A model generated the notes under the pieces. The model searched no databases and was not told the DNA's origin. It was given only the letters and a program-made list of their open reading frames with translations. A stretch of DNA of 62,058 bases from a virus (Duplodnaviria; Caudoviricetes). Position 1 is the stretch's first letter, and the number at the start of each line of letters is the position of its first letter. Made by a program: the position numbers and the translations under genes. The DNA is taken from the IMG/VR virus record IMGVR_UViG_3300025127_000028, positions 1-62,058 of that record. The stretch is one strand, 5' to 3'. Positions 18,601 to 26,860 of this stretch are shown one piece after another.

Positions 18601-20508
18601 AATGTCAAAATCGCTTACGTTATCGGGTTTGGTAATTGCCTGCACTTCATCTTTTTGTCCTTTTAGTGCAGCATTTGTAATTTTAATTTTTTCATCATTT
18701 GGTAGTTCATCATAACTAGATACTTCATACGCATCTAAAAGGTTTTGGAGTTGTTCTGGTGGCGTCACTTTAGGATTTTCAACTAAACTTTTACCAATGC
18801 TGTCTCTAAAAGTAGTGGCAATAGCGGCAGAACCATTTTCAATATCTTTTAACGACTGCAAGTTGCCTTCGCCATAAGCTAATGTTTGTTCTCGTAGAGA
18901 TTTAATTTGTGCAGGTGAAAGGTCTGTAATACTTAGCCCCAACACCTCAAGAGTGCCGTTCATAGAAGAGGCTAGTGCATTATCTAAAACTTGTTCGTAT
19001 TGAACAGCATTAACGGGCAAGTCGTTGTCCTTGCCTTCAGTAAGCCAGTGAAAACGCGCTTCATCGTCATCTAAATCACTTAAACCATTGACTTGTTTGT
19101 ACTCTTCAACATTAAACGAATCGTCAGTCATTGCTCGCACGTAGGCTTTCTGCGTAGCATTATCGACTTCGATCATTACATCGTCTAATTGGTCGGAACT
19201 AGATACAAGCTCATTCTTAAGATCTTGATATACTGCAGAATCAGCTTCAATGGCTGCAAATTGATCATCAATACTTTCTTTTAATGGGTCAGCAGCAGGT
19301 TTGAATACATCATTGTAGTATGTATCTACCTCTTTAGCGTAATCGTTAAACTGTTGCACCTTTGCGTTATATGAATCTACTAACCCGCTGTACGCGCTAC
19401 TATTTGGATCTGTGGCTTGTAAAGTTGCTCTAGCAGCATCTATTTCTGCTTTTAACTCATCTCGTGTATTTATTCTGTTTTGTAGCTCTCCAACATACCC
19501 ATTGTATGTTTGCACATCTTTACGGTACGCTTCATTTGCGGCATCAATCTTATTGGCTTGCGCTTCGGCCTTTTGATAATCACCAGTGACTTTATCAATA
19601 GTATTTTTTACGGTTTTATCAATAACCTTGTTAAGTTCTTGCGTCCCGTAGGCATTTATAGTTGCATATAAAGCATCAGATGCATCAGCTCCAGAGAATG
19701 TCGCATTGGCTACGTTTTGTACTGACGATGTAATTAAAGCAATCTGCCCATCTGTTAATGAGTCATCAGCATCTACAAAGCCTTTTACTGTTTCCGTAGT
19801 AACTTTACCTTTGATTACCGCATTCATAATAGTGGCACCAGTTACATCTTGCCCACTAAGAGCTGCGGTTAAAGTGTCTTCTACTATGTTTTTAACCACA
19901 GGATTTTGATCTAAGAAACTTTGTGTTTGCCCTACAGGTCCGGGGTCTCCAACGCCGCCGGGATCTCCTACTGCAGCTACAGTACTTCCACTTTTACCCC
20001 CAGATATTTGTTCATCAATATAACCAAGCCCTGCCTGCACACCCGCCTGCACACCACCCGTAACAAAGGCTTTGACAGGATCTTCTCCTCTTACTACCGC
20101 AGAAGCAGCACTTCCTGTTCCAGCACCAATAATTGACGCTGCGGTTGCACTGGCTCCCGCTGATGACGCGGCTTGCGCACCATATTTAGCTCCATACCCC
20201 GCTGCCTGCCCAGCCACATATGCTTTAGCGGAAGCCTCAAGAATGTCACCAAGATCTCCTCCTTGTATTGCTGTGTCTGCGCCCGACACCAAGGGTAACG
20301 CCCACCACTGACCAGACAGGGCGGCGGCAGTGTACGCAATAGCTCGTAGGGGGTCATCTAAAACAGCATCTACAACATCATTGACAGTATCAACAACTGG
20401 AACAACTATCTCGTCAAGAACCCAGTCACCTACATCACTGACAGTATCGCCAACCCACTTAACCGCTTTCTTAACGGCTTTTTTAGCTTTTTTCCACGGC
20501 TTACCCAT
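15661..20508 (-). CDS. Large acidic internal virion/ejection protein (1615 aa)
   Basis: Basic amphipathic N-terminus MGKPWKKAKK; Gly/Ala hydrophobic segments; EF-hand-like DVTGDGIVDIND; ends YAQGGVV. Confidence 0.6.
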   Translation of the reverse strand: MGKPWKKAKKAVKKAVKWVGDTVSDVGDWVLDEIVVPVVDTVNDVVDAVLDDPLRAIAYTAAALSGQWWALPLVSGADTAIQGGDLGDILEASAKAYVAGQAAGYGAKYGAQAASSAGASATAASIIGAGTGSAASAVVRGEDPVKAFVTGGVQAGVQAGLGYIDEQISGGKSGSTVAAVGDPGGVGDPGPVGQTQSFLDQNPVVKNIVEDTLTAALSGQDVTGATIMNAVIKGKVTTETVKGFVDADDSLTDGQIALITSSVQNVANATFSGADASDALYATINAYGTQELNKVIDKTVKNTIDKVTGDYQKAEAQANKIDAANEAYRKDVQTYNGYVGELQNRINTRDELKAEIDAARATLQATDPNSSAYSGLVDSYNAKVQQFNDYAKEVDTYYNDVFKPAADPLKESIDDQFAAIEADSAVYQDLKNELVSSSDQLDDVMIEVDNATQKAYVRAMTDDSFNVEEYKQVNGLSDLDDDEARFHWLTEGKDNDLPVNAVQYEQVLDNALASSMNGTLEVLGLSITDLSPAQIKSLREQTLAYGEGNLQSLKDIENGSAAIATTFRDSIGKSLVENPKVTPPEQLQNLLDAYEVSSYDELPNDEKIKITNAALKGQKDEVQAITKPDNVSDFDILTGKAGVSTNAEGLLNWEDVSLKFNIPKWDSKHGTLVRKVAHPDGLGEATVDMQGNYLNIGSDGKPMSELTIYAPLQTLKETNAGSYLDTLANVSSDAVDKAVEAGVTGLMQQYEFAKNVATYIANTETAQSIASSDFGKNTAGVVLDAGGELLDSMNNLVLLAGINPESTPLGKTAKNLIAMAGDMKTEEYKAAAAEIQETIGKANFDKDGKLLTNPDGTPLSTFAKAWNTIKAIGGAAMANPGTFASEYIAKELLQEIPVLIASGGTANVVKAGLKQAGEEFAQKMSQRAAIGTAGVLDVSESFGGTAGGAYDDAYATALKSGMSDAEAQEYALDKAITAGTIAAVTTVATMGVGGNDFEKAIFNGKRGKNFSEAFDVVAKETAQEAVEEGLPQAYLESQLYQLDPTRDVVGNVVSNSVLGALSGGTVAGSIYGGAATGDVVSNAMIMFNPEVRKVVQNEGGLDAAGVTQQLNDLGVSDNTVQSNILNQVFDTDYTSTGEAEQAAATYVTENNIPYQFTKDELTGFTGANADADLAALVDNFVDPRYLDSQEIIDAAAAEGVTLTEQQAADYVGQKDEAQETQNLQTGVFDEQATTYEEAKQYLDDLGYNPTEDEINTFVAQVNETEQQQAITTYAEDRLTTEKEVIAELEGEGFDVSKLPDNFVDQFVRQGLQTDTLKEVIETADPFMVDATEVQEAYKKAGLPDVRPEDVDALVGQYNQEELDARLKEALPAAQYNALRYDVGQLSEKLGGVDTLGDQVGDIATDVAGLDVNIQSIAEIIGKPATEVTDVDIDFVADLIAQQEALTDPSTFKFTDEQLGYDVTGDGIVDINDQNLLNNALQGQDVAFAQDSNFQPATGIFAQIDAQTQAQMDAQTQMQAQLDAQTQQQIDAQMQIAQQVEDEAKKRNVRDLQSMIAEDAGRITQVKSQPVAEIGDPYDFASIFRDSGQDAFYRSPYAQGGVVDANEELLRLIGGK

Positions 20509-20512
20509 AATG

Positions 20513-20974
20513 TTACCTTATAAGCTCTTCGCCAAGTTTTACATAAATTATGTACTCATCATCTTCTGTTACACCAATATACAATGCTGAATCTTCTGTT
20601 TTACGCAAACGTTTTTGCAGTATTTTCATAGCAGGTAATAACGTGTCATCTGCAAGGTCAGTGCTGTAATGTGTTACATTTTTTTCTTGTAGGTATTGTA
20701 GGTACTTAACAGAGTTATCAATAAAATTACGTCCAGTATCTATGTTAAATGCCCGACCTGCCATTTTATTCTTATTGTCTCCTTTCCCGCTATGAGCTAA
20801 AAACACTGTATTACCAATTTGTACAGTATCCGCGTTTTCCATAGCGCCCTCTGCTACAACAGATAACATTTGTGCCTGTATAGGTGGGTCATCCTCATCC
20901 TGTAATTGCTCTAGACTACGAATAATTATTTGAGGAATATCAAGTTCTTGTTGTTTACTATCTACTGTTTCCAT
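20513..20974 (-). CDS. Hypothetical protein (153 aa), possibly GNAT-like acyltransferase
   Basis: GAGG RBS; size, alpha/beta pattern and position just upstream of the ejection proteins (like T7 gp13); fold is inferred only. Confidence 0.45.
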   Translation of the reverse strand: METVDSKQQELDIPQIIIRSLEQLQDEDDPPIQAQMLSVVAEGAMENADTVQIGNTVFLAHSGKGDNKNKMAGRAFNIDTGRNFIDNSVKYLQYLQEKNVTHYSTDLADDTLLPAMKILQKRLRKTEDSALYIGVTEDDEYIIYVKLGEELIR

Positions 20975-20981
20975 ACTGCCC

Positions 20982-21260
20982 TCATGCTACTGCTGCTAAG
21001 ACGGCTTCTTCAGATTCAACATCTTTAGTTTTGTGCTTATTAATGTATGTTTGTAAGTCAGTTAAACTAGTCATTGGCATACCATCAATTTTTTCTTCTG
21101 ATATACCAAATACATCTGCAAGCAATGAACTAATAAGCATACAATCTAGACTATCTATATTTAACTCCTCCATTGTATCGTTAAGAGAAGTAGCCAATGC
21201 CTCTGGTTCTTTATATTTTGCCTCTGTTAACGTTATATTAAATATTTTTACAAAATCCAT
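20982..21260 (-). CDS. Acyl carrier protein-like protein
   Basis: 92 aa, acidic; ELNIDSLD with Ser37, then L.D.FGI, matching the phosphopantetheine attachment motif. Confidence 0.8.
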   Translation of the reverse strand: MDFVKIFNITLTEAKYKEPEALATSLNDTMEELNIDSLDCMLISSLLADVFGISEEKIDGMPMTSLTDLQTYINKHKTKDVESEEAVLAAVA

Positions 21261-21583
21261 TAACTAACCTCCAACAAACTTGCTACAACATGTAATCTGT
21301 TTGCAGTAGCTGCAGTAACTTTTATTATTTCACCAGTTTCTACTACAAGAGGAGCTGTCAATAGTTCTACTGTATTGTTTGCACTAACAGCTTTAGTTTT
21401 AAATATACTAAACACAGCATCGGAAGTGTTAGTGATTGTAATTGTTATAGTATCTGCATTGCCAGAATCTTCAGACACGAGTATGGATTTTATAATACCT
21501 GTAGTAAGTGCCGGTGCGGTGTATAACGTAGTCGCATTAGTTGTAGTAAGATCCACTTTTGCATTTTTATATACGTTTGCCAT
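21260..21583 (-). CDS. Small beta-rich virion protein (107 aa)
   Basis: MANVYKN..TTLYTAP pattern; TAATG coupling. Confidence 0.7.
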   Translation of the reverse strand: MANVYKNAKVDLTTTNATTLYTAPALTTGIIKSILVSEDSGNADTITITITNTSDAVFSIFKTKAVSANNTVELLTAPLVVETGEIIKVTAATANRLHVVASLLEVS

Positions 21584-21786
21584 TACCCTATAAACCACCC
21601 TACAGCGTCTGATTGATCAGATGTATTTGCATTCCTTATAGCTGTATCTAACTGACTAAAATATAAACGAAGAACGTTATTAAATTGTTCAAATTGTTGT
21701 CTATCATACTCTTCTGGTGCATACGGTAACGCTGGAGCGCGAAACGGAATATCATATCTTGTTGAATCAACTCCACGAGTAGGCAT
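21583..21786 (-). CDS. Small virion-module protein (67 aa)
   Basis: LP.AP.EY..LRLYF motif; translationally coupled at both ends. Confidence 0.7.
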   Translation of the reverse strand: MPTRGVDSTRYDIPFRAPALPYAPEEYDRQQFEQFNNVLRLYFSQLDTAIRNANTSDQSDAVGWFIG

Positions 21787-23642
21787 TAGCGCCTCCCATC
21801 AGGACGCATGTCCAGTCTTGGTGCGCCAAGCTGCCAAGTAACGCCCTCTGCAGAGGATTCTATCCGCATAGATAATTGTCTACCTCGCACTCTTACATTT
21901 ATTTGATCTGTAAATACCTCGACAGGAGAAGAAGCAGTGCGAGTAACTGTAGCGTTGTTTACCCCACCTACAGAAGGAGTAGAATGTATACCAGACCCAG
22001 AATTACGTAATGGTTTCAATGTCATGGTAACGACTGGACTAGTTGCTGTAGAACCATCAAAACTTACATCAGGTATTACTCTGTTTACGTGCATAAATTT
22101 GTGGCCGTCATCAAGATCAAATTCGGAAGATTCTATATATGCAGATATAGCAGCAGTGCTTGTGCCTTGATTGTCATCTATACCGCTCTCATGGTCCACC
22201 AAGTTGTTGTCGTAAGTTGCTGCTAACGGGCTATCACGTAGTCCAGAATCAAGCCAAGCAGTTCTAGCCAGAGTTCCATAATACCATATATCCTCTAAAT
22301 AATTGTATATTACGTATTTATCTATATTTGTTGCGCTCGTTGAACAATAGAACCACCAAGCTTCATGGAATGATTCATTTGTCCCTGCAAAAACTTGTGA
22401 ATATTGTTCTGTGTTAAAATCATTAAATACATACTTACGAACATCACATTTTAATGGTGCAGTTCGCCCATCATATTTATAAAATTTATCTTTACCCATC
22501 CAATAAGCAACACCATTAGCATAAGCCACAGCATTTTGAGATGATATGGATATATTTTCTCCAACAATAGATGCAGTCCACACGGCAGGGGCGCCTACAT
22601 ACTGTAATGAGTATAAAGAAGAGTCGGTCCATACAAGAACTTCCTGTCTAGACTGAGAAGCCGCTACTATTTTTGTACCTCTTGATAAACGTAAGCTACC
22701 AGCTTGGTTTGTGGCTGACGGTGTCCAATTTGTAGCATCTTCTTGATCAGACCACCTAAGTAATGTTGGATCTAATCCGCTGCTACCTATTTCGTTTGTA
22801 CCAAAACAAAATACAAATCTGCTTATATCAGACACTAATATTAAATTTTGCACCGTTGGAACGTCAGAAGCACCGCTACGACTGGACAATAAAACTGCGC
22901 GTGTCTCTACGCCATTTGTAGCATCCCAGTAATACACGCCACCACCTCTATGCCCGAGTATTAAATCCTCACCAAAGTTTGATTGTGACCAGAAACGTAT
23001 TTCTGTTGTAGATGACACACCAACACCCCAAGCACCTTGCCCCCACGATCCAGCACCCCAACCAGTTATAGGGATTGCAAAAGCATTACCTACATTTATC
23101 TGGTAAGCTGCAGATACTGAAGAACCTCCTCCAGTAGCACTAGAAGTAGCATTAGATGAAGCAGTTATGGTGTAAGTATTTGCAGCAGAAATAGCTGTTA
23201 AGCTAACAACAAACTCTCCATTTAAATCCAAGCCACCCACAGTAGATACGTTACTAAACGTAACATAGTCACCATTTTTATATCCACCGTTAGCATCTGT
23301 TACAGTCACAGTGGCAGAACCAGAAGTTGTAGTGAATGGGTTACTTAAAGTTACGGTGCTGCGTAAAGGTGTTACATCGTTATAGACCCCCACATTTTCT
23401 ATATAAAATTTAAGATGCGTGCCTATACCTATTAAATTTTGTTCTCCTAGAGTAACCCAGTTGTGTAGGGATCTAGCTACTCCAAGAAACGTAGCCGTTG
23501 ATATTTGTTGCCACCCACCTATTTTTTCTGGTAAACCCTGCCTAAATCTTATTTTGTCACCATCATAATAGCCACCCTCAGTAGAATAACGAGTTCCTTC
23601 ACGGTTTATACCAGCTTTTAAAGCTATTTTTTGCAGTGGCAT
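21786..23642 (-). CDS. Tail nozzle/packaged-DNA stabilisation protein (P22 gp10-like, beta-propeller)
   Basis: LRWSDQE..W repeats; C-terminal QINVRVRGRQ..DMRPDGRR. Confidence 0.7.
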   Translation of the reverse strand: MPLQKIALKAGINREGTRYSTEGGYYDGDKIRFRQGLPEKIGGWQQISTATFLGVARSLHNWVTLGEQNLIGIGTHLKFYIENVGVYNDVTPLRSTVTLSNPFTTTSGSATVTVTDANGGYKNGDYVTFSNVSTVGGLDLNGEFVVSLTAISAANTYTITASSNATSSATGGGSSVSAAYQINVGNAFAIPITGWGAGSWGQGAWGVGVSSTTEIRFWSQSNFGEDLILGHRGGGVYYWDATNGVETRAVLLSSRSGASDVPTVQNLILVSDISRFVFCFGTNEIGSSGLDPTLLRWSDQEDATNWTPSATNQAGSLRLSRGTKIVAASQSRQEVLVWTDSSLYSLQYVGAPAVWTASIVGENISISSQNAVAYANGVAYWMGKDKFYKYDGRTAPLKCDVRKYVFNDFNTEQYSQVFAGTNESFHEAWWFYCSTSATNIDKYVIYNYLEDIWYYGTLARTAWLDSGLRDSPLAATYDNNLVDHESGIDDNQGTSTAAISAYIESSEFDLDDGHKFMHVNRVIPDVSFDGSTATSPVVTMTLKPLRNSGSGIHSTPSVGGVNNATVTRTASSPVEVFTDQINVRVRGRQLSMRIESSAEGVTWQLGAPRLDMRPDGRR

Positions 23643-23645
23643 GGT

Positions 23646-24095
23646 TTAACCCTCCGATAGCGCTCTCATTCTATCAACTAATCTTCTAGCACGATTAGGC
23701 ACTTGAGTATACCATCTAGAATCAACCATCTCATCTGCGGCTTTGTTCCAGTCTCTAGCGTCCACACCAGCTTTCATACCCTTAAATTTGGAGAGACGCG
23801 GCCTTCCCATATTAAACATCATATTGCAAATAATATGCTGTGCCTCTTCAGGTAGGTCATCAAAGTCCTCGTAAAGAACTTTACACTCGTCAATCGTCAC
23901 CGCCATATCAAGCGCGAATAACTTTCGTACACGTTCTTGCTCAACAACCGTACCCACGGGTTTGCCGTGTTCTTCATCAGACTCAAGAATTAGGTGACCA
24001 ATTCCACAAGTTGGTAAATTTAGATGATCTAAATATATCTCGTATTTGCATCCTTCGTCTTCCGCGATCTCTTCGCGTAGTCTATCTTTATTCAT
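23646..24095 (-). CDS. Endolysin, T4-like lysozyme (GH24)
   Basis: EDEG..YLDHL..PTCGIGH catalytic E-D-T motif; MMFNMG; DSRWYTQVPNRA. Confidence 0.92.
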   Translation of the reverse strand: MNKDRLREEIAEDEGCKYEIYLDHLNLPTCGIGHLILESDEEHGKPVGTVVEQERVRKLFALDMAVTIDECKVLYEDFDDLPEEAQHIICNMMFNMGRPRLSKFKGMKAGVDARDWNKAADEMVDSRWYTQVPNRARRLVDRMRALSEG

Positions 24096-24408
24096 CTTTA
24101 GACTCCGAAAAATAATTAGCTACTGTCTCCATTAATTCTTTTTTAGTCTTGCGTCTGTCTAATTCTATGTCGTGTTCTCGCATTAGAGCTTCTAATTCCA
24201 GTTTAGACATATTTTTAAAATTAGGAGTGGTAGGTTTCTCAACAACTACCTTCTCTACTTGTTCAATGACTTCAACGCCCACTATTTCTTCAGCTTTTTC
24301 TTTGCTGTAAGTAGCTGTATCGTACCATCTTCCATCACTATGACATATTTTATAAACAGGGTTATTGTTTAAATCCATTCCTGCAGGGATCATTTTTAAA
24401 TCAGCCAT
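24088..24408 (-). CDS. Hypothetical protein with C-terminal Rho-N/HeH-like domain
   Basis: MSKLELEALMREHDIELDRRKTKKEL. Confidence 0.6.
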   Translation of the reverse strand: MADLKMIPAGMDLNNNPVYKICHSDGRWYDTATYSKEKAEEIVGVEVIEQVEKVVVEKPTTPNFKNMSKLELEALMREHDIELDRRKTKKELMETVANYFSESKDE

Positions 24409-24419
24409 TTATATCTCCT

Positions 24420-24797
24420 TTATTTTTTAAATCCTTTTATCCCTCGTATTCCGAAGGACGCTCCTATTGAGGCATACATTGCCCACTGAAACCACTCTGG
24501 GGTGCGAGAAAGAGCATCAAACCCACGCTCTACAAAAGGTTGCAAAGGCGGGATGAAGCACATCCCAATAATAACAATAAAAAGAATAGTCCATGCCTCA
24601 TCTTTCCATGAATTATCAGAGGCTTGCGCCATTATTTTTTCCCAACCAGCCTCGTGTGTAGCTGCTGTAACCATGACTTGAGCCTCTGCTTCAGCCCTAG
24701 CTTTTGCTACCGCACCTTTAGCTTTGGTCTGCTCAACTTTTGATTCCATCCACGACCCAGCTAAATTAGCTATTGGTCCTATAAGTGCCTGTATCAT
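24420..24797 (-). CDS. Putative holin (GTA 3TM-holin-like)
   Basis: SWKDE followed by hydrophobic helices; ASFGIR; near the lysozyme. Confidence 0.7.
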   Translation of the reverse strand: MIQALIGPIANLAGSWMESKVEQTKAKGAVAKARAEAEAQVMVTAATHEAGWEKIMAQASDNSWKDEAWTILFIVIIGMCFIPPLQPFVERGFDALSRTPEWFQWAMYASIGASFGIRGIKGFKK

Positions 24798-25012
24798 TCT
24801 ACTATCCTCACGATATAATTTGAGCCATCGTCATTTTTCTCAATCACAACTGTTTTATTTTCACACGCGTATCTAACCGCAGTAGATTTCTTATATAGGT
24901 TTCTCTCTATTTTTCGTTTGGTTTTGAGGCATTTGCTGATTTTTTCAAACGCTGTATGCTCTGCAATATCACCGCCCATATAGAGTATCAATGTGATTGT
25001 TTCAGTTACCAC
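24794..25012 (-). CDS. Hypothetical protein (72 aa)
   Basis: Overlap-coupled ORF; S.CL..KR...Y.C pattern. Confidence 0.6.
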   Translation of the reverse strand: MVTETITLILYMGGDIAEHTAFEKISKCLKTKRKIERNLYKKSTAVRYACENKTVVIEKNDDGSNYIVRIVE

Positions 25013-25406
25013 GTTGTCCGTTCCTCATTTTTTCTATCTGTTCTTCAATATTAGTTAATCGTTTCTCATAAAAATCTAATGTTAGTTTTTGTTGTTGGTC
25101 ATGTGGCGCACGACCTTCATCTATTTGCTCTTGTAGTTTAGCAAGCTGCTCAGACAAATGTTCGATCAGCATAAATTGCTCACTGTCTGCTGGCAAAGCA
25201 CCCATTTCTCCTCTAGGCCATTTAATTCTAAAATCTGTGTTTTGACCCAAATCTGCTTCCATCAATATAATTTTGTTTTCTATTGTATTTAATCTTTCTA
25301 TGATCCCAAAATATGCCCATGTGCCAATAGCGGCTCCAACTACCATCGCAATGAGATTGCGTATAGGCATGGATAGTTCAGTGTTTTCATTTAACTTGGT
25401 AGCCAT
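25002..25406 (-). CDS. Membrane-anchored coiled-coil protein (134 aa), lysis region
   Basis: One N-terminal TM helix, then coiled coil. Confidence 0.65.
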   Translation of the reverse strand: MATKLNENTELSMPIRNLIAMVVGAAIGTWAYFGIIERLNTIENKIILMEADLGQNTDFRIKWPRGEMGALPADSEQFMLIEHLSEQLAKLQEQIDEGRAPHDQQQKLTLDFYEKRLTNIEEQIEKMRNGQRGN

Positions 25407-25459
25407 CGTTTATCCAAACAAATACCCGCCAATAAAACTAAACATCCATAAAGTTATTA

Positions 25460-25780
25460 TTATTTCTTTGACATCCATGCACTCATTCCCATATACGCTC
25501 CAACTATACCCGCGCCGGATAAAAATATTAAATCGGTAACAGCTGAAAGCCCCGCTAACTTTTCTGCGCTACATAGTGGCGACGCTAAAAATACGGCATA
25601 CAACCCCATAAATATTAAAGTATAACGAGCCATCCGCAGCTGTGCTAAATCTTTTCTTAATTGTGTTTCAGTTTTCTTTATTTCTTTAACGTGACTAAGT
25701 TCTTCATCACTTACAATACCATCTCCATCCTCATCATATTCGGTATATACGCTACCTTCTTGCAATTTTTTTTGTGTCAT
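25460..25780 (-). CDS. EF-hand-like two-TM membrane protein (106 aa)
   Basis: YDEDGDGIVSDEE loop and two hydrophobic helices. Confidence 0.65.
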   Translation of the reverse strand: MTQKKLQEGSVYTEYDEDGDGIVSDEELSHVKEIKKTETQLRKDLAQLRMARYTLIFMGLYAVFLASPLCSAEKLAGLSAVTDLIFLSGAGIVGAYMGMSAWMSKK

Positions 25781-26286
25781 ATTACCACCTCAACACTACG
25801 CGCTATTGTCATAAACATGACAACAAAGAAAAACACAGCTACCAAGAGTACACCGAAGATAATTGCACACGCTTTAATTGTCTCTGCCATTTCTTGTTGC
25901 CTACGAGCCGCTTCAATTTGCGCTTTTTTAATCGCTTCTTTTTGCTCACGCAGTTTCTGATTATGATGATTGAGAATCTCCTGCCATGTGCTAGGTTGGT
26001 CTGCTGGCTTGGGCCAACGCATATTAATCATCGTAGCAATTTCTTGCATTTGCTCATTAAGTTTCTTAGCTTCAAGAACCGCATCAATCGAACTGCGAAT
26101 GTTGATGTCACCGACGCCAGCTTGTTTGTTACGTTCTTCATTGAGCTTTTTCTGCGCCGAGAATAACGTACCGATTTGGTCTGAAATATCTGCAACAGAT
26201 TGAACATCATTTATCCTAGCCTTTATAAACCCTATGGCATTCGATGCCGCCGTAACTGCAGCAATGGCTGTGGTTATAGGTTCCAT
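25777..26286 (-). CDS. Membrane protein with C-terminal TM (169 aa)
   Basis: MEPIT.. N-terminus, coiled coil, C-terminal hydrophobic helix. Confidence 0.65.
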   Translation of the reverse strand: MEPITTAIAAVTAASNAIGFIKARINDVQSVADISDQIGTLFSAQKKLNEERNKQAGVGDINIRSSIDAVLEAKKLNEQMQEIATMINMRWPKPADQPSTWQEILNHHNQKLREQKEAIKKAQIEAARRQQEMAETIKACAIIFGVLLVAVFFFVVMFMTIARSVEVVI

Positions 26287-26849
26287 TAGATTGCATCGGG
26301 CCAGTCATTAATCGGAGCATTACCCGTTGGCTTACCATCACTGTCAACAGGAACATCGTATAAGGCCATAAACGCAGCAAGATCACTTGCATTAGTTATA
26401 GCTGTTTCTATGTTATTACTGGCTGTACGAACAGCCGCTCTGTAAGTTGTAACAGTTGATGGAACAGAGTAAGACTCAACTTCCGTTGCTTTAATAACTT
26501 GCCAATCGTATGGCGCAAGCTGACCAGCCGCTTGAGCTTTCGCTGTTTCAATAGCTAGGGTTTTTAAGCCTTTAGTTACAAGCTGCTTACCATCAATGTC
26601 GAGGATTGCTTTGCCGTCTTCATCGACTGCATTCACATCTGTCAGTGATCGAGGTATTAACTCTCCATCAGCATCACGCCCCCAATAAAAGCGGTTGTCA
26701 TGTGCCGCCACTTCGTCTTCCCAAGTAAGACCAATCGCAGCTTTCTCATCTGCGCTTAGATTGTTCCAAACAGCAGGATACTGTGTGCCGTTGTTATCGA
26801 CCCACGCCTTGCCAACTCGTATGATTCGACCTGAGTATTTCCACGGCAT
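26286..26849 (-). CDS. Tail fibre assembly/chaperone-like protein
   Basis: L.PYDW..YRAAVR..WP C-terminal motif; directly after the fibre gene. Confidence 0.6.
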   Translation of the reverse strand: MPWKYSGRIIRVGKAWVDNNGTQYPAVWNNLSADEKAAIGLTWEDEVAAHDNRFYWGRDADGELIPRSLTDVNAVDEDGKAILDIDGKQLVTKGLKTLAIETAKAQAAGQLAPYDWQVIKATEVESYSVPSTVTTYRAAVRTASNNIETAITNASDLAAFMALYDVPVDSDGKPTGNAPINDWPDAI

Positions 26850-26860
26850 TTTATATTCTC

